Part shown: piece by piece, positions 14,906 through 23,650 of the stretch
How the letters are laid out: every line of letters begins with the position of its first letter
Position numbering within the stretch: the first letter of the stretch is position 1
NCBI GenBank assembly: GCA_046261635.1
Contig: JBHEOL010000172.1
Span: 1-44,850 of the forward strand
DNA from: Thermoanaerobaculia bacterium
GTDB lineage: Bacteria; Acidobacteriota; Thermoanaerobaculia; Gp7-AA8
Direction of reading: 5' to 3'
DNA: 44,850 nt
Notes under the pieces: generated by a model
What the model saw: only the letters and a program-made list of their open reading frames with translations
The model's database searches: none
Told to the model about the DNA's origin: nothing
Translations under genes and position numbers: made by a program

Positions 14906-15772
14906 TCAGGTGAGATATTTTCCGATGATCGGCTCGAGCTCCGACCTGGTTTCTTCTGGAATCGCTGAGTGCTCGGTGAGAATCGCGAACCGCAGGGCGC
15001 TGCTGCATTCGCATTCCCGCTTTCTGGCGGCCAGCTCCCCGACGACTCCGCGCACCGTTGCACAGGCAGCGTCTGCATTCTTGTTGAGATAGCCGATCAC
15101 CGCCTCCACGCTGACCGCGACCTCGGTCTCGTGCCACGCGTCGTAGTCGGTCACCAGCGCCATGGTGGCGTAACAGATCTCCGCCTCCCGAGCCAGCTTC
15201 GCTTCCTGAAGATTCGTCATTCCGATGACGTCCACGCCCCAGGAGCGATACAACAGCGACTCCGCCCGGGTGGAGAACTGCGGGCCTTCCATACAGAGAT
15301 AGACCCCGCCCTCGTGAACCGTCGCGCCTGCGAGCCGGGCGGACTGCGCCAACGCTTTCGACGTCGCGAGGCAGATCGGCTGAGCGAACGAAACGTGACC
15401 CACGACACCTCTGCCGAAGAAGGTGTCCGGACGGTGACGCGTCCTGTCGATGAACTGATCGGGAAACACCATGTGGGTCGGGGCGTAAGCCTCGCGCATC
15501 GATCCCACAGCGGACGCCGACAGAAGGGTCTCCACGCCAAGGACCTTGAACCCGTAGATGTTCGCCCTGAAATTCAGCTCCGAAGGCATGAGCCGGTGTC
15601 CTCGCCCATGACGTGCGAGAAACGCGACCTTCACGCCCTCCAGCTCGCCAATGACGTAGGCGTCCGAAGGATCGCCGAACGGTGTTCTGACGACTCGCTC
15701 CTCCACCACGCGCAGGCCGTCCATCCGGTAGAGACCCGACCCGCCGATCACACCGATCGTCGCTTCGCTCAT
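14906..15772 (-). CDS. mtnP: S-methyl-5'-thioadenosine phosphorylase
   Basis: IGVIGGSGLY, ARHGRGH, NFRANIYG, GPQFSTRAES, VIGMTN: typical MTAP/PNP-family signature. 4-nt overlap with the upstream oxidoreductase gene. Confidence 0.9.
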   Translation of the reverse strand: MSEATIGVIGGSGLYRMDGLRVVEERVVRTPFGDPSDAYVIGELEGVKVAFLARHGRGHRLMPSELNFRANIYGFKVLGVETLLSASAVGSMREAYAPTHMVFPDQFIDRTRHRPDTFFGRGVVGHVSFAQPICLATSKALAQSARLAGATVHEGGVYLCMEGPQFSTRAESLLYRSWGVDVIGMTNLQEAKLAREAEICYATMALVTDYDAWHETEVAVSVEAVIGYLNKNADAACATVRGVVGELAARKRECECSSALRFAILTEHSAIPEETRSELEPIIGKYLT

Positions 15773-16734
15773 CGGCGCACCTGCCGCGACTCCCAGGTCT
15801 GGACCGAGCGGTCGATCGCCTCACCGACCCGGATCGCAAGCTCGAGTGCCGCCAGACCATCCTCACCGGCGACGAGCGGTCGCCTCCGGGTTCGAACGCA
15901 GTCGACGAAGGCTTCGAGCTCGGCTCGCAACGGCTCCTTCTTCTGGACTTCCAGCTCAAGCGGCTCGATACCAGGCCGCTCTCCCGCGGTCGTCAGGCGG
16001 TACCCGTGCACCTGCTGCTCGCGGGTATCGACCGAGATGTAGGCATGGCTTCCAAACAGCCGGAACTTCCGGACTCTCTCGCTGGCGACGCGACTCGCGG
16101 TGAGGTTGGCGACGGCGCCACTGGCGAGCTCGAGCCGAACGTTCGCCATGTCGACCTTCTCGGTGAGGACTGGAATCCCGACTGCGTGGATCGCCACCAC
16201 GTCCGAGCCGAGGAGGGAAAGCACGAGCTGCAGATCGTGGATCATGAGGTCGAGAAGGACGTCGATGTCGAGCGACCTCCCCGAGAAAGCTCCGAGGCGG
16301 TCTGCCTCGACGTATCGGGGTTTCCCGATGTGCGGGATCGCGGCGAGAATCGCGGGGTTGTACCGCTCGACGTGACCCACCTGGATCAGCCGCCCGCGCT
16401 CGGCCGCAAGGGCGATGATTCGCCGGGCTTCGGCCGGATCGGCGGTGATCGGCTTCTCGATCATGACATCGACATTGCCGAGGAGAAGCTGTTCGGCGAT
16501 CCTGCCATGCATGTCGGTCGTCGACGCAATGACCGCCGCATCGATCAGACCCTCGAGCTCTTCCAGGGCATGGAAGCGCCGGAGGCCGAGCTTCGACGTG
16601 ACCTCGGCGGCTGCTTCGTCCCTCGGTTCGATGAAGCCGACGAGGTCCACCTCGGGCATCTCGGTGAGGACTCGCGCGTGGGTACGGCCGAGAAAGCCGG
16701 TCCCGAGAACTGCAATTCGTACTCGATCGCTCAT
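15769..16734 (-). CDS. Gfo/Idh/MocA-family NAD(P)-dependent oxidoreductase
   Basis: Start reassigned to ATG 16734 (MSDRVRIAVLGTGFLGRTHA Rossmann start), 7 nt after the lpxA stop. EKP motif (MIEKPIT). Confidence 0.8.
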   Translation of the reverse strand: MSDRVRIAVLGTGFLGRTHARVLTEMPEVDLVGFIEPRDEAAAEVTSKLGLRRFHALEELEGLIDAAVIASTTDMHGRIAEQLLLGNVDVMIEKPITADPAEARRIIALAAERGRLIQVGHVERYNPAILAAIPHIGKPRYVEADRLGAFSGRSLDIDVLLDLMIHDLQLVLSLLGSDVVAIHAVGIPVLTEKVDMANVRLELASGAVANLTASRVASERVRKFRLFGSHAYISVDTREQQVHGYRLTTAGERPGIEPLELEVQKKEPLRAELEAFVDCVRTRRRPLVAGEDGLAALELAIRVGEAIDRSVQTWESRQVRR

Positions 16735-16741
16735 CGTCGCC

Positions 16742-17521
16742 CTACCGGATGAAGCCGCGCCTGGATGCTCGAACGAACTCGGCGAGATAGCGGACCTCGG
16801 GGAAATGCGATAGCTCGGCATCGAGCCGCGACAGCGCATCCGCGAGTTTCAATTTCGATCGAATCAGAATCCGATAGGCCCGCTGGAGAGCCTCGATCGT
16901 TTCCTTTGGAAACCCTTTCCTCTCCAGCCCGAGCGTGTTGATCCCGTAGGTCTTCGGATCGCGATTACCGACCGTCTTGCAGAAGGGAAGGACATCCTGG
17001 ACGCAGATGGAAGCCGCTCCGATGAAAGCGTGGTCACCGACCCGGCAGAACTGATGCACCGCGGCGAACGCGCCGATCGTCGAAGAATCTCCGACATCGA
17101 CGTGTCCCGCGAGGGTTGCGCCATTGGCAAAAATCGTGCTGTCGCCAATGTGGCAGTCGTGGGCGATGTGGCTGTAAGCCATCATGAAATTGTTCGAGCC
17201 TATCGACGTCAAGGCCCCGCCGCCCTCGGTGCCTCGATTGATGGTGATGAACTCCCGAAAGACGTTGTCGTTCCCGATTCGGAGCTCGGTCTTCTCCTTG
17301 CCGAACTTGAGATCCTGAGGATCGGTGCCGATGGAAGCATGTCCGATGAAACGGTTCCGCTCGCCGATCGCCGTGGGCCCCTCGATCCGCACGTGCGGAC
17401 CGATCTCCGTTCCGGAGCCGATCGATACCGAGGCTCCGACGATCGCGTATGGGCCGACACGCACGTCATCTGCCAACGCTGCCTCGGGGCTCACCTTCGC
17501 AGTACTGTCGATCTGCGCCAT
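16742..17521 (-). CDS. lpxA: Acyl-ACP--UDP-GlcNAc O-acyltransferase
   Basis: Hexapeptide-repeat left-handed beta-helix protein with the LpxA C-terminal domain. Position after fabZ. Confidence 0.9.
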   Translation of the reverse strand: MAQIDSTAKVSPEAALADDVRVGPYAIVGASVSIGSGTEIGPHVRIEGPTAIGERNRFIGHASIGTDPQDLKFGKEKTELRIGNDNVFREFITINRGTEGGGALTSIGSNNFMMAYSHIAHDCHIGDSTIFANGATLAGHVDVGDSSTIGAFAAVHQFCRVGDHAFIGAASICVQDVLPFCKTVGNRDPKTYGINTLGLERKGFPKETIEALQRAYRILIRSKLKLADALSRLDAELSHFPEVRYLAEFVRASRRGFIR

Positions 17522-17956
17522 TTAGGTCCTCTCCACCATCACGCTCAACAGCGTGGCTTCCGCCACGATCGTCCCGTCGACTCGCGCGACTCCCTGGAGC
17601 CTCGCCGTGGTCGACTTCCTCTGAAGGACGGTGACCTCCATCAGGAGCTGATCGCCCGGAGTCACGGGCTTGCGAAACCGCGCCTTGTCGATGCCTCCGA
17701 AAAAGAAGAGCTTACGATGACGGTCCTCCATGTTCTTCAGGAACATCAGCGCCCCGCACTGCGCCATCGCCTCGACGACCAGTACGCCGGGCATGACGGG
17801 CTCCCCCGGAAAGTGCCCGTTGAAGAAGGGTTCGTTGAAGGTCACGTTCTTGAGCCCGACGATCCGCTTCTCATCCTCGAGCTCGAGGATGCGATCGACG
17901 AGCAGCAGCGGATAGCGATGCGGCAGGTAGTCCAGAATCTCCTTGATATTCAGCAT
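17522..17956 (-). CDS. fabZ: 3-hydroxyacyl-ACP dehydratase
   Basis: [13 protein letters not shown]...[15 protein letters not shown] hot-dog signature. Abuts lpxA. Confidence 0.9.
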   Translation of the reverse strand: MLNIKEILDYLPHRYPLLLVDRILELEDEKRIVGLKNVTFNEPFFNGHFPGEPVMPGVLVVEAMAQCGALMFLKNMEDRHRKLFFFGGIDKARFRKPVTPGDQLLMEVTVLQRKSTTARLQGVARVDGTIVAEATLLSVMVERT

Positions 17957-17980
17957 GCTCTCTCCCGAGTGCTCGTTCGG

Positions 17981-18997
17981 TCATTCATTTCCGGTCCCAC
18001 GCTCCAGAGCCTCGAGACGCGCGAGAATGTCAGGCAGCCTGCGGACCAGCGCTTCCGCCCTCAGATGCTCACGCAGAGGACGTGCCGGGCTCCCCGCCAG
18101 TGTGATCGGCCCCTCGAAGTCCTTCATGACCGCCGACTGGGCCGCCACCATGACCTTCGGCCCGATCCGCACGTGGCCCGACACTCCGGACTGCCCCGCC
18201 AGAACCGCGTAATCACCGACCTCGCTCGATCCAGCGAGCGCAACCTGCGCGACGATCAGACATCCCCGTCCGACTCTCGCGTTGTGCGCGATCTGAACCA
18301 GATTGTCGATCTTCGTTCCCGCTCCAATGACGGTCTCCCCGAGCGCCGCGCGATCGATCGTCGTATTGGCCCCGATCTCGACGTCGTCTTCGATCCGGAC
18401 GATACCGATCTGCGGAATCTTGTGGTGAACGCCGCCGCTGCTCGCGAAGCCGAAGCCGTCCGCTCCGATGACGACGCCGGAGTGAACGATGCAGCGACGG
18501 CCGATCCGGCAGCCGTAATAGACGGTCACGCCCGGATGGAGCACCGAGTCCTCACCGATCCCGGCGCCCGCCCCGACATGCACCCCTTCGAACAGGACGG
18601 CCCGGTCCCCGATAATCGCCCCTTCGCCGATCGTTGCAAATGCTCCGATGCGGACCCCCTCGCCCACTTTCGCCGAAGAGGCGATCCTCGCGTCGGGAGA
18701 TATCCCTTCAGGAAGCGGAAACCCCGAGAAAAACCTCTGCAGCACGATCGCGAGGGCGAAGTACGGATCGCGCACGCGGATCCAGCGCGAAGACTCGCCG
18801 GCCATCCCGCGCTCGACCAGAATCGCCCCCGCCCGCGTCGTGGCCAGGTATTTCTGGTACTTCGCGTTCGCCAGAAAACTCAGGTCTTCCGGCCCCGCGT
18901 CGCCGAGCGCACGGGCGCCGGTGATCCGGCGGCTACGGTCACCGTGAAACTCACCTTCGACCAGGTCGGCGATCTCTCCGAGAGTAACGGTCGGCAT
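17981..18997 (-). CDS. lpxD: UDP-3-O-acylglucosamine N-acyltransferase
   Basis: LpxD N-terminal domain ([20 protein letters not shown]) plus hexapeptide repeats. Start chosen by family N-terminus; ATG 19009 is an alternative. The 19096 start would run through a terminator hairpin. Confidence 0.85.
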   Translation of the reverse strand: MPTVTLGEIADLVEGEFHGDRSRRITGARALGDAGPEDLSFLANAKYQKYLATTRAGAILVERGMAGESSRWIRVRDPYFALAIVLQRFFSGFPLPEGISPDARIASSAKVGEGVRIGAFATIGEGAIIGDRAVLFEGVHVGAGAGIGEDSVLHPGVTVYYGCRIGRRCIVHSGVVIGADGFGFASSGGVHHKIPQIGIVRIEDDVEIGANTTIDRAALGETVIGAGTKIDNLVQIAHNARVGRGCLIVAQVALAGSSEVGDYAVLAGQSGVSGHVRIGPKVMVAAQSAVMKDFEGPITLAGSPARPLREHLRAEALVRRLPDILARLEALERGTGNE

Positions 18998-19033
18998 TCG
19001 GGAGCGCATTGTACCCGCCGAACGGGCGGGGAC

Positions 19034-19067
19034 AAAAAAGCCCCCCCGGCGCAAGCGCCGGGGGGGC
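19034..19067 (-). terminator. Rho-independent terminator between skp and lpxD
   Basis: The minus strand reads GCCCCCCCGGCG-CTTG-CGCCGGGGGGGC followed by TTTTTT, ~25 nt after the skp stop. Confidence 0.65.
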
Positions 19068-19092
19068 TCGGATTTCGACTCCTCGCGGGCGA

Positions 19093-19617
19093 TCAACCCT
19101 GCGGGCGTTCGTTGTAGCGCTTGATCACCGTGTCGGTGATCTCGATCGCCGGGGAGGCATACACCAGACCCGACTCGAATTTGTTGAAAATGGCGGCGAA
19201 GCCCATTTCCTTACCGAGCTCGTCGATGAGGGGCATGATCTGGGCCTCCATCGCCTGGAGCTCCCGGTCGCGGGCTTCCGCCAGCTCCCGCTCGGCGTCC
19301 TGTCCGGCGCGCTGGAGAAGAATCCGGCGGTCGGAAATCTGCTTCTGCATTTCCGCGATCCGGTCGGCGGCGAGCGACATCCGCTTCTGACTCAGCTCGG
19401 TGTCGAGTGCGCGAATCTCGTCGTCCATCTTCTTGAGTTTCGCGGTCCGCTCCTCCTGCATCTTGCGGAGCTTCTCGAGAGCGGCTTTCCCGGACTCCGA
19501 CTCCGCCAGAACGCGCTGAACGTTGATGACCGCGATCCTCGCGGGTGAGGTTGTCTGCGCCATCGCCGGAACGGCGATCGCCACTGCCAATCCAATGGAA
19601 ACGAAAAACTTGTTCAT
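19093..19617 (-). CDS. skp: Periplasmic chaperone Skp (OmpH family)
   Basis: Signal peptide, ~150-aa coiled-coil-rich OmpH-like sequence. Canonical position between bamA and lpxD. Confidence 0.8.
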   Translation of the reverse strand: MNKFFVSIGLAVAIAVPAMAQTTSPARIAVINVQRVLAESESGKAALEKLRKMQEERTAKLKKMDDEIRALDTELSQKRMSLAADRIAEMQKQISDRRILLQRAGQDAERELAEARDRELQAMEAQIMPLIDELGKEMGFAAIFNKFESGLVYASPAIEITDTVIKRYNERPQG

Positions 19618-19689
19618 GGTCTCTCCTTTTATCCACGGCCCTGTCGGGGCCCTATGCCTGCGAGGTGTCTGGGGTGATTCCGTCCGGAA

Positions 19690-22068
19690 TCAAAACGTGT
19701 TGCCGATGGAGAACTGGAAGGACTGGAACTCGTCCCCCGGCTGCTCGTCGACGTTGACCGCATAAATGAAGCGGAGGGGAAACTGGAACACGGGGAGAAA
19801 GATCCTCAGCTCCGCGCCCGCGGTGTAACGGAACTCCGAGGGATCGAACGTCTCCTCGTACGCGTACGACTGACCGGCATCGGCAAACAGCACCAGTCGC
19901 AAAGGATCGTTGATGCGGTAGAGGTACTCGAAATTCGCGACGCCGTACTTGTAGCCGCCGACCCGCTGGAGGTTTCCGTTGATCTCTTCGCGGGGAACGA
20001 GAGTATAAGACTTGAAGCCCCGGACCGAGTACTCACCGCCGACATAGAACCTTTCGCTGAACGGCACGCAGAGGCGGCTGTTGGGGTCCGTCGGAATGAG
20101 ATCGATCGCGAAATGGGCGCAATCATCGTCCCCGGTCGGAAAGATCTGGCCGCCCTCGAGATTCAGGCTCCAGGAGCTGCGCCGGGTGAGCGGAGTCCAC
20201 TTGGTGTAATTGATGACCGGCTTGATCAGATTGATCGTGCCGCCGAGCGGACCGCCGGAGTAGTTCACGACCATGCTCGCCTTCGTTCCGCGGAACGTAT
20301 CGAACGGGTTGTCGCGCGAGTCGTACCGGTACGCCGGCACGAAGGTGGAGGTCGTGTACTGATTGTCGCGGATCAGTGGCAGAGGGACGTTCCCGTTCTC
20401 ATCGGGGAAGGGAACGAGCTCGCTTCGCTCTTTGACGTCCTGAAGCGCATAGACGAAGGAGATGCTCTCGAACCTGTCGAGACGGAACCCGTAAGCGAGG
20501 CTTCCGCCCATTGCCTCGCTCTGGATGCCGATCGCCTCGGGAAGCTTGGTCTCCCGATTGAAGAGTGAGATGCCGAACGAGTGCGGCCGATCCAGGAACC
20601 AGGGATCCGAGTAGGAGAGGCTGAAGAAGTCCTGCCGTGCTCCGCTCTGGAAGCTGACGCCGAGGTTTTCTCCCTCGCCGAGGAAGTTCCGCGTCGCGAA
20701 CATCAGCTGGCCGAAAAATCCATAGGCTTCCGAGTAACCGCCCCCGAACTGAATGTCGTTCTTTCCTTGTTCCTGTCCCTTCACCGTGATGTCCACGGTG
20801 CCGGTTTCCTGATTGACCCGGAAATCCGGATTCTCGGTCACCTTGAAATACCCGAGCTGACCGAGCTTGTACATGCTCGCCTTGAAGGTCTCCATGTCCA
20901 TGATGTCGCCCTCGGAGAGGAAGATCTCCCGGCGCAGCACCTTGTCCTTGGTGACCGTGTTTCCCTTGAACTCGAGCCGACCCAGCCGGAACTGCTCACC
21001 TTCGTAGACCTGCAGGTGAACGTTGACGACGTTGTTGTCGACTTCGACATACTGCGGATTGATGTAGGCGTAGATGTATCCCCGCCGGCGGTAAGCCTCT
21101 TCGAAGAGCTCGACGCGGTCCTGGATCGGCTTCCTGCTCAGCGTCTCTCCCTGTTCCAGCGGGAAGCCGCCAAGGAGCTGCTCGGAGGTGAAGACCGTGT
21201 TGCCGGTCGAAGTGACCTCTCCGAACTGATGGACCACGCCCTCCTGGATCGGAACGACGATCCGGACGCGCTCCTTCTTCGTGGTCGTGATCTGGGGATC
21301 GCCGAGCACCACATCCTTGTATCCATGATCGAGATAGAGGTTGCGTACCCGCTCGAGGTCGGCGTCGAGCTTGGACGGGACGTAGACGTTGCGCTTCCTC
21401 GCCCAGGTGTAGAGGTTATGAGCCTTGACCTCTTCCATCTCGCGGCGCAGCTTGCGATCCGAGAAGCGGTCGTTCCCGGTGAACTCGACCCGTGCCACCC
21501 GCGCCTTGATGCCCTCGGCGATCTCGAAGACGATGCGGCGCTCGGAGGGATCGATCATCTCTTCGAGGGATGTCTCGACGCTCACCCCTTCGAATCCGCC
21601 CTCGGAGTACGCGGTTCGAATCGTCTCGGCGGCTCGCCGGATCGTCGTCTGTTCGATCGTGTTCCCCACGTGGAGATCGATGTTCGCCGCCTCCAGCGCC
21701 TCGGTGACTTTCGTCAATCCGAGATTCTTGTTGCCGCGGTACTCGACGGCTCCGATCCGGGGACGCTCGACCACGGTCACCGTCACCACCGCGCCACCAA
21801 CCGACTGCAGGGCTTCGATCCGGATGTCATCGAACAAACCGGTCTGCCATAGGTTGAGGAAATTGCGCCGCAGCGCGGCAGGGTCGTATGGATCGCCGGG
21901 GTTCAGACCGAGGTAGACGCGGATCGTATCGCGGGCGACCGAGGCGTTACCGACGATCTCGACCCGCTCGATCGGTGTGCCCGGCTGGGGCTCTTCGACC
22001 GTCTGGGCCGGCAGCAGGCCGGCCGCGAGGACGAGAATGAGCAGATAAACGGGGAGTCGTTTCATCAC
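19690..22068 (-). CDS. bamA: Outer membrane protein assembly factor BamA
   Basis: Signal peptide, repeated POTRA-like units, C-terminal surface-antigen beta-barrel ending in ...FQFSIGNTF. Confidence 0.9.
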   Translation of the reverse strand: MMKRLPVYLLILVLAAGLLPAQTVEEPQPGTPIERVEIVGNASVARDTIRVYLGLNPGDPYDPAALRRNFLNLWQTGLFDDIRIEALQSVGGAVVTVTVVERPRIGAVEYRGNKNLGLTKVTEALEAANIDLHVGNTIEQTTIRRAAETIRTAYSEGGFEGVSVETSLEEMIDPSERRIVFEIAEGIKARVARVEFTGNDRFSDRKLRREMEEVKAHNLYTWARKRNVYVPSKLDADLERVRNLYLDHGYKDVVLGDPQITTTKKERVRIVVPIQEGVVHQFGEVTSTGNTVFTSEQLLGGFPLEQGETLSRKPIQDRVELFEEAYRRRGYIYAYINPQYVEVDNNVVNVHLQVYEGEQFRLGRLEFKGNTVTKDKVLRREIFLSEGDIMDMETFKASMYKLGQLGYFKVTENPDFRVNQETGTVDITVKGQEQGKNDIQFGGGYSEAYGFFGQLMFATRNFLGEGENLGVSFQSGARQDFFSLSYSDPWFLDRPHSFGISLFNRETKLPEAIGIQSEAMGGSLAYGFRLDRFESISFVYALQDVKERSELVPFPDENGNVPLPLIRDNQYTTSTFVPAYRYDSRDNPFDTFRGTKASMVVNYSGGPLGGTINLIKPVINYTKWTPLTRRSSWSLNLEGGQIFPTGDDDCAHFAIDLIPTDPNSRLCVPFSERFYVGGEYSVRGFKSYTLVPREEINGNLQRVGGYKYGVANFEYLYRINDPLRLVLFADAGQSYAYEETFDPSEFRYTAGAELRIFLPVFQFPLRFIYAVNVDEQPGDEFQSFQFSIGNTF

Positions 22069-22257
22069 GGGTTCGGAAGTTGGCTCCTGTTAGGACGCTC
22101 GAGGGAGTGGAATCGTTTCACACCGGGAAATGGGGGGTGATTCTAGCCGATCCGGCCCCGCCGGACCGCACTCGACCCCTCGACTCCCTCCCCTGCGCGC
22201 TCCGACTCCCGCATAAGGGGACCCGGTGGAGCGATTATTCCGGGAAACAGGCCCTCT

Positions 22258-22644
22258 TCACCCCTCTCGGTAGGTCGCACGCCCTCCCCCGAAGGACCAG
22301 TTCTCCTTCGGCACTTCGCGCAGCGAGACGATGACGTCGTCCGGACGGACACCGCAATCCCTCTCCAGGTTCGCGGCGATCGCCGCGTAGAGCCGCGCCT
22401 TGGTCTCCGCATCCCGCCCCTGATTGAGTGTGATCTCGATCAGCAGCGGGTCCTCCGACCTCTCCACGCCGCCGAAGCTCGGGTGGACGAGCAGGTTCTC
22501 CCGCGAATGCTCGTGGATCCAGCAGAACTGCGAGTCGGCGGGCGCCTTCGCGGCGCTGACGAGCGCCGCGAGGATCGCTTCACAGATCCGGCGCTTCTCG
22601 GAGGCGCTCTTTCCCTCGGTCAGATGCACGTGCATCAGCGGCAT
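22258..22644 (-). CDS. Tautomerase-superfamily protein
   Basis: Begins MP (Pro1 after Met removal). 128 aa. Resembles the long tautomerase family (EITLNQGRDAETKARLY). Confidence 0.6.
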   Translation of the reverse strand: MPLMHVHLTEGKSASEKRRICEAILAALVSAAKAPADSQFCWIHEHSRENLLVHPSFGGVERSEDPLLIEITLNQGRDAETKARLYAAIAANLERDCGVRPDDVIVSLREVPKENWSFGGGRATYREG

Positions 22645-22678
22645 TTCCCTTCTCCTTCCCAGAATTCGGAAGCGGCTC

Positions 22679-23575
22679 TCAATTCGCGCCGAGGTCCTGC
22701 CAGACTGCCCGCGAGATCGCAGCGATGAGCTCGTTGGCCTGGCCGGGATCCTCGAAACCGCGGGTCAGGACCACAAGGACATAAGGCAGACGCCCGGGCG
22801 GGTAGACGATCGCCGCGTCGTGGCTGATCCGGGTGATGTTGCCGGTCTTATTCGCGACGACGACCCCCTCGGGGACCCCGGCGGGGATCTTCTCGCGGAA
22901 CTCCTGTCCCCGCAGGATTTCGACCATGATCTGGCTGGCCCGGGGGCTGACCGCCTTCTGCTCGGCGATCGCCTTCATCACGAGCATCATGTCCCAGGCG
23001 GAGGTGACGTTGTTGAGACCGGCTTCGTATGCCTTTTCGTCCTCGACGCCCCGAAGAACGCGGATGTCGTTCGCGCCCAGGCGGCCCATGAGGTCCATCA
23101 CCGCCCCGGGGCCGACGAGCTCGATCAGCAGGTTGGTGGCCAGATTGGAGGAGCGGACGATCATCCTCCGGAGCAGATCCTCGAGGGGAACGGTCGATCC
23201 GGCCTCGTCGTACAGGCCCGGATCTCCATCCTCCCCGGCGTAAAGGACGAACGGCGACCCATCCACGATCGAGGCGAACTGGTTGCGGACCGCGACCGGT
23301 TGCTCGAGGGAGAGGCGCCCCTGATCCACCGCCTCCAGGACCGCGAGCATCACCGGCACTTTCATCGTGCTCGCCGCGTGCATCACCTCGCCCCCGGAGC
23401 GGGAGAGATGGAATCCGCTCTCGAGGTCCCAGAGCGCGATTCCGACAGTCCTGTCCGGCCCCGCGGAGGCGATGAGCCGATCGAGCTTTGAACCGAGCGC
23501 GCCGGGGCCGCGCATGGAAGTACAGGAGACCAGCAGAACGAGGAACGGAATGGCGAGGGCTTTCATCGGAACCAT
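22679..23575 (-). CDS. Class A beta-lactamase-like serine hydrolase, lipoprotein
   Basis: Lipobox (LLVSC). STMK (SxxK), SSN (SDN position), EAGLN (ExxLN) and KTG motifs in the correct order. Confidence 0.7.
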   Translation of the reverse strand: MVPMKALAIPFLVLLVSCTSMRGPGALGSKLDRLIASAGPDRTVGIALWDLESGFHLSRSGGEVMHAASTMKVPVMLAVLEAVDQGRLSLEQPVAVRNQFASIVDGSPFVLYAGEDGDPGLYDEAGSTVPLEDLLRRMIVRSSNLATNLLIELVGPGAVMDLMGRLGANDIRVLRGVEDEKAYEAGLNNVTSAWDMMLVMKAIAEQKAVSPRASQIMVEILRGQEFREKIPAGVPEGVVVANKTGNITRISHDAAIVYPPGRLPYVLVVLTRGFEDPGQANELIAAISRAVWQDLGAN

Positions 23576-23600
23576 TCTATTGAGGAGAAGCGGAGGGACG

Positions 23601-23632
23601 AAAAGAAAAAGGCCGGGCGAGGAGGCCCGGCC
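23601..23632 (-). terminator. Rho-independent terminator after clpC
   Basis: The minus strand reads GGCCGGGC-CTCCTC-GCCCGGCC followed by TTTTTCTTTT, ~20 nt after the clpC stop. Confidence 0.7.
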
Positions 23633-23650
23633 TTCGAGATTCCGGATCGC

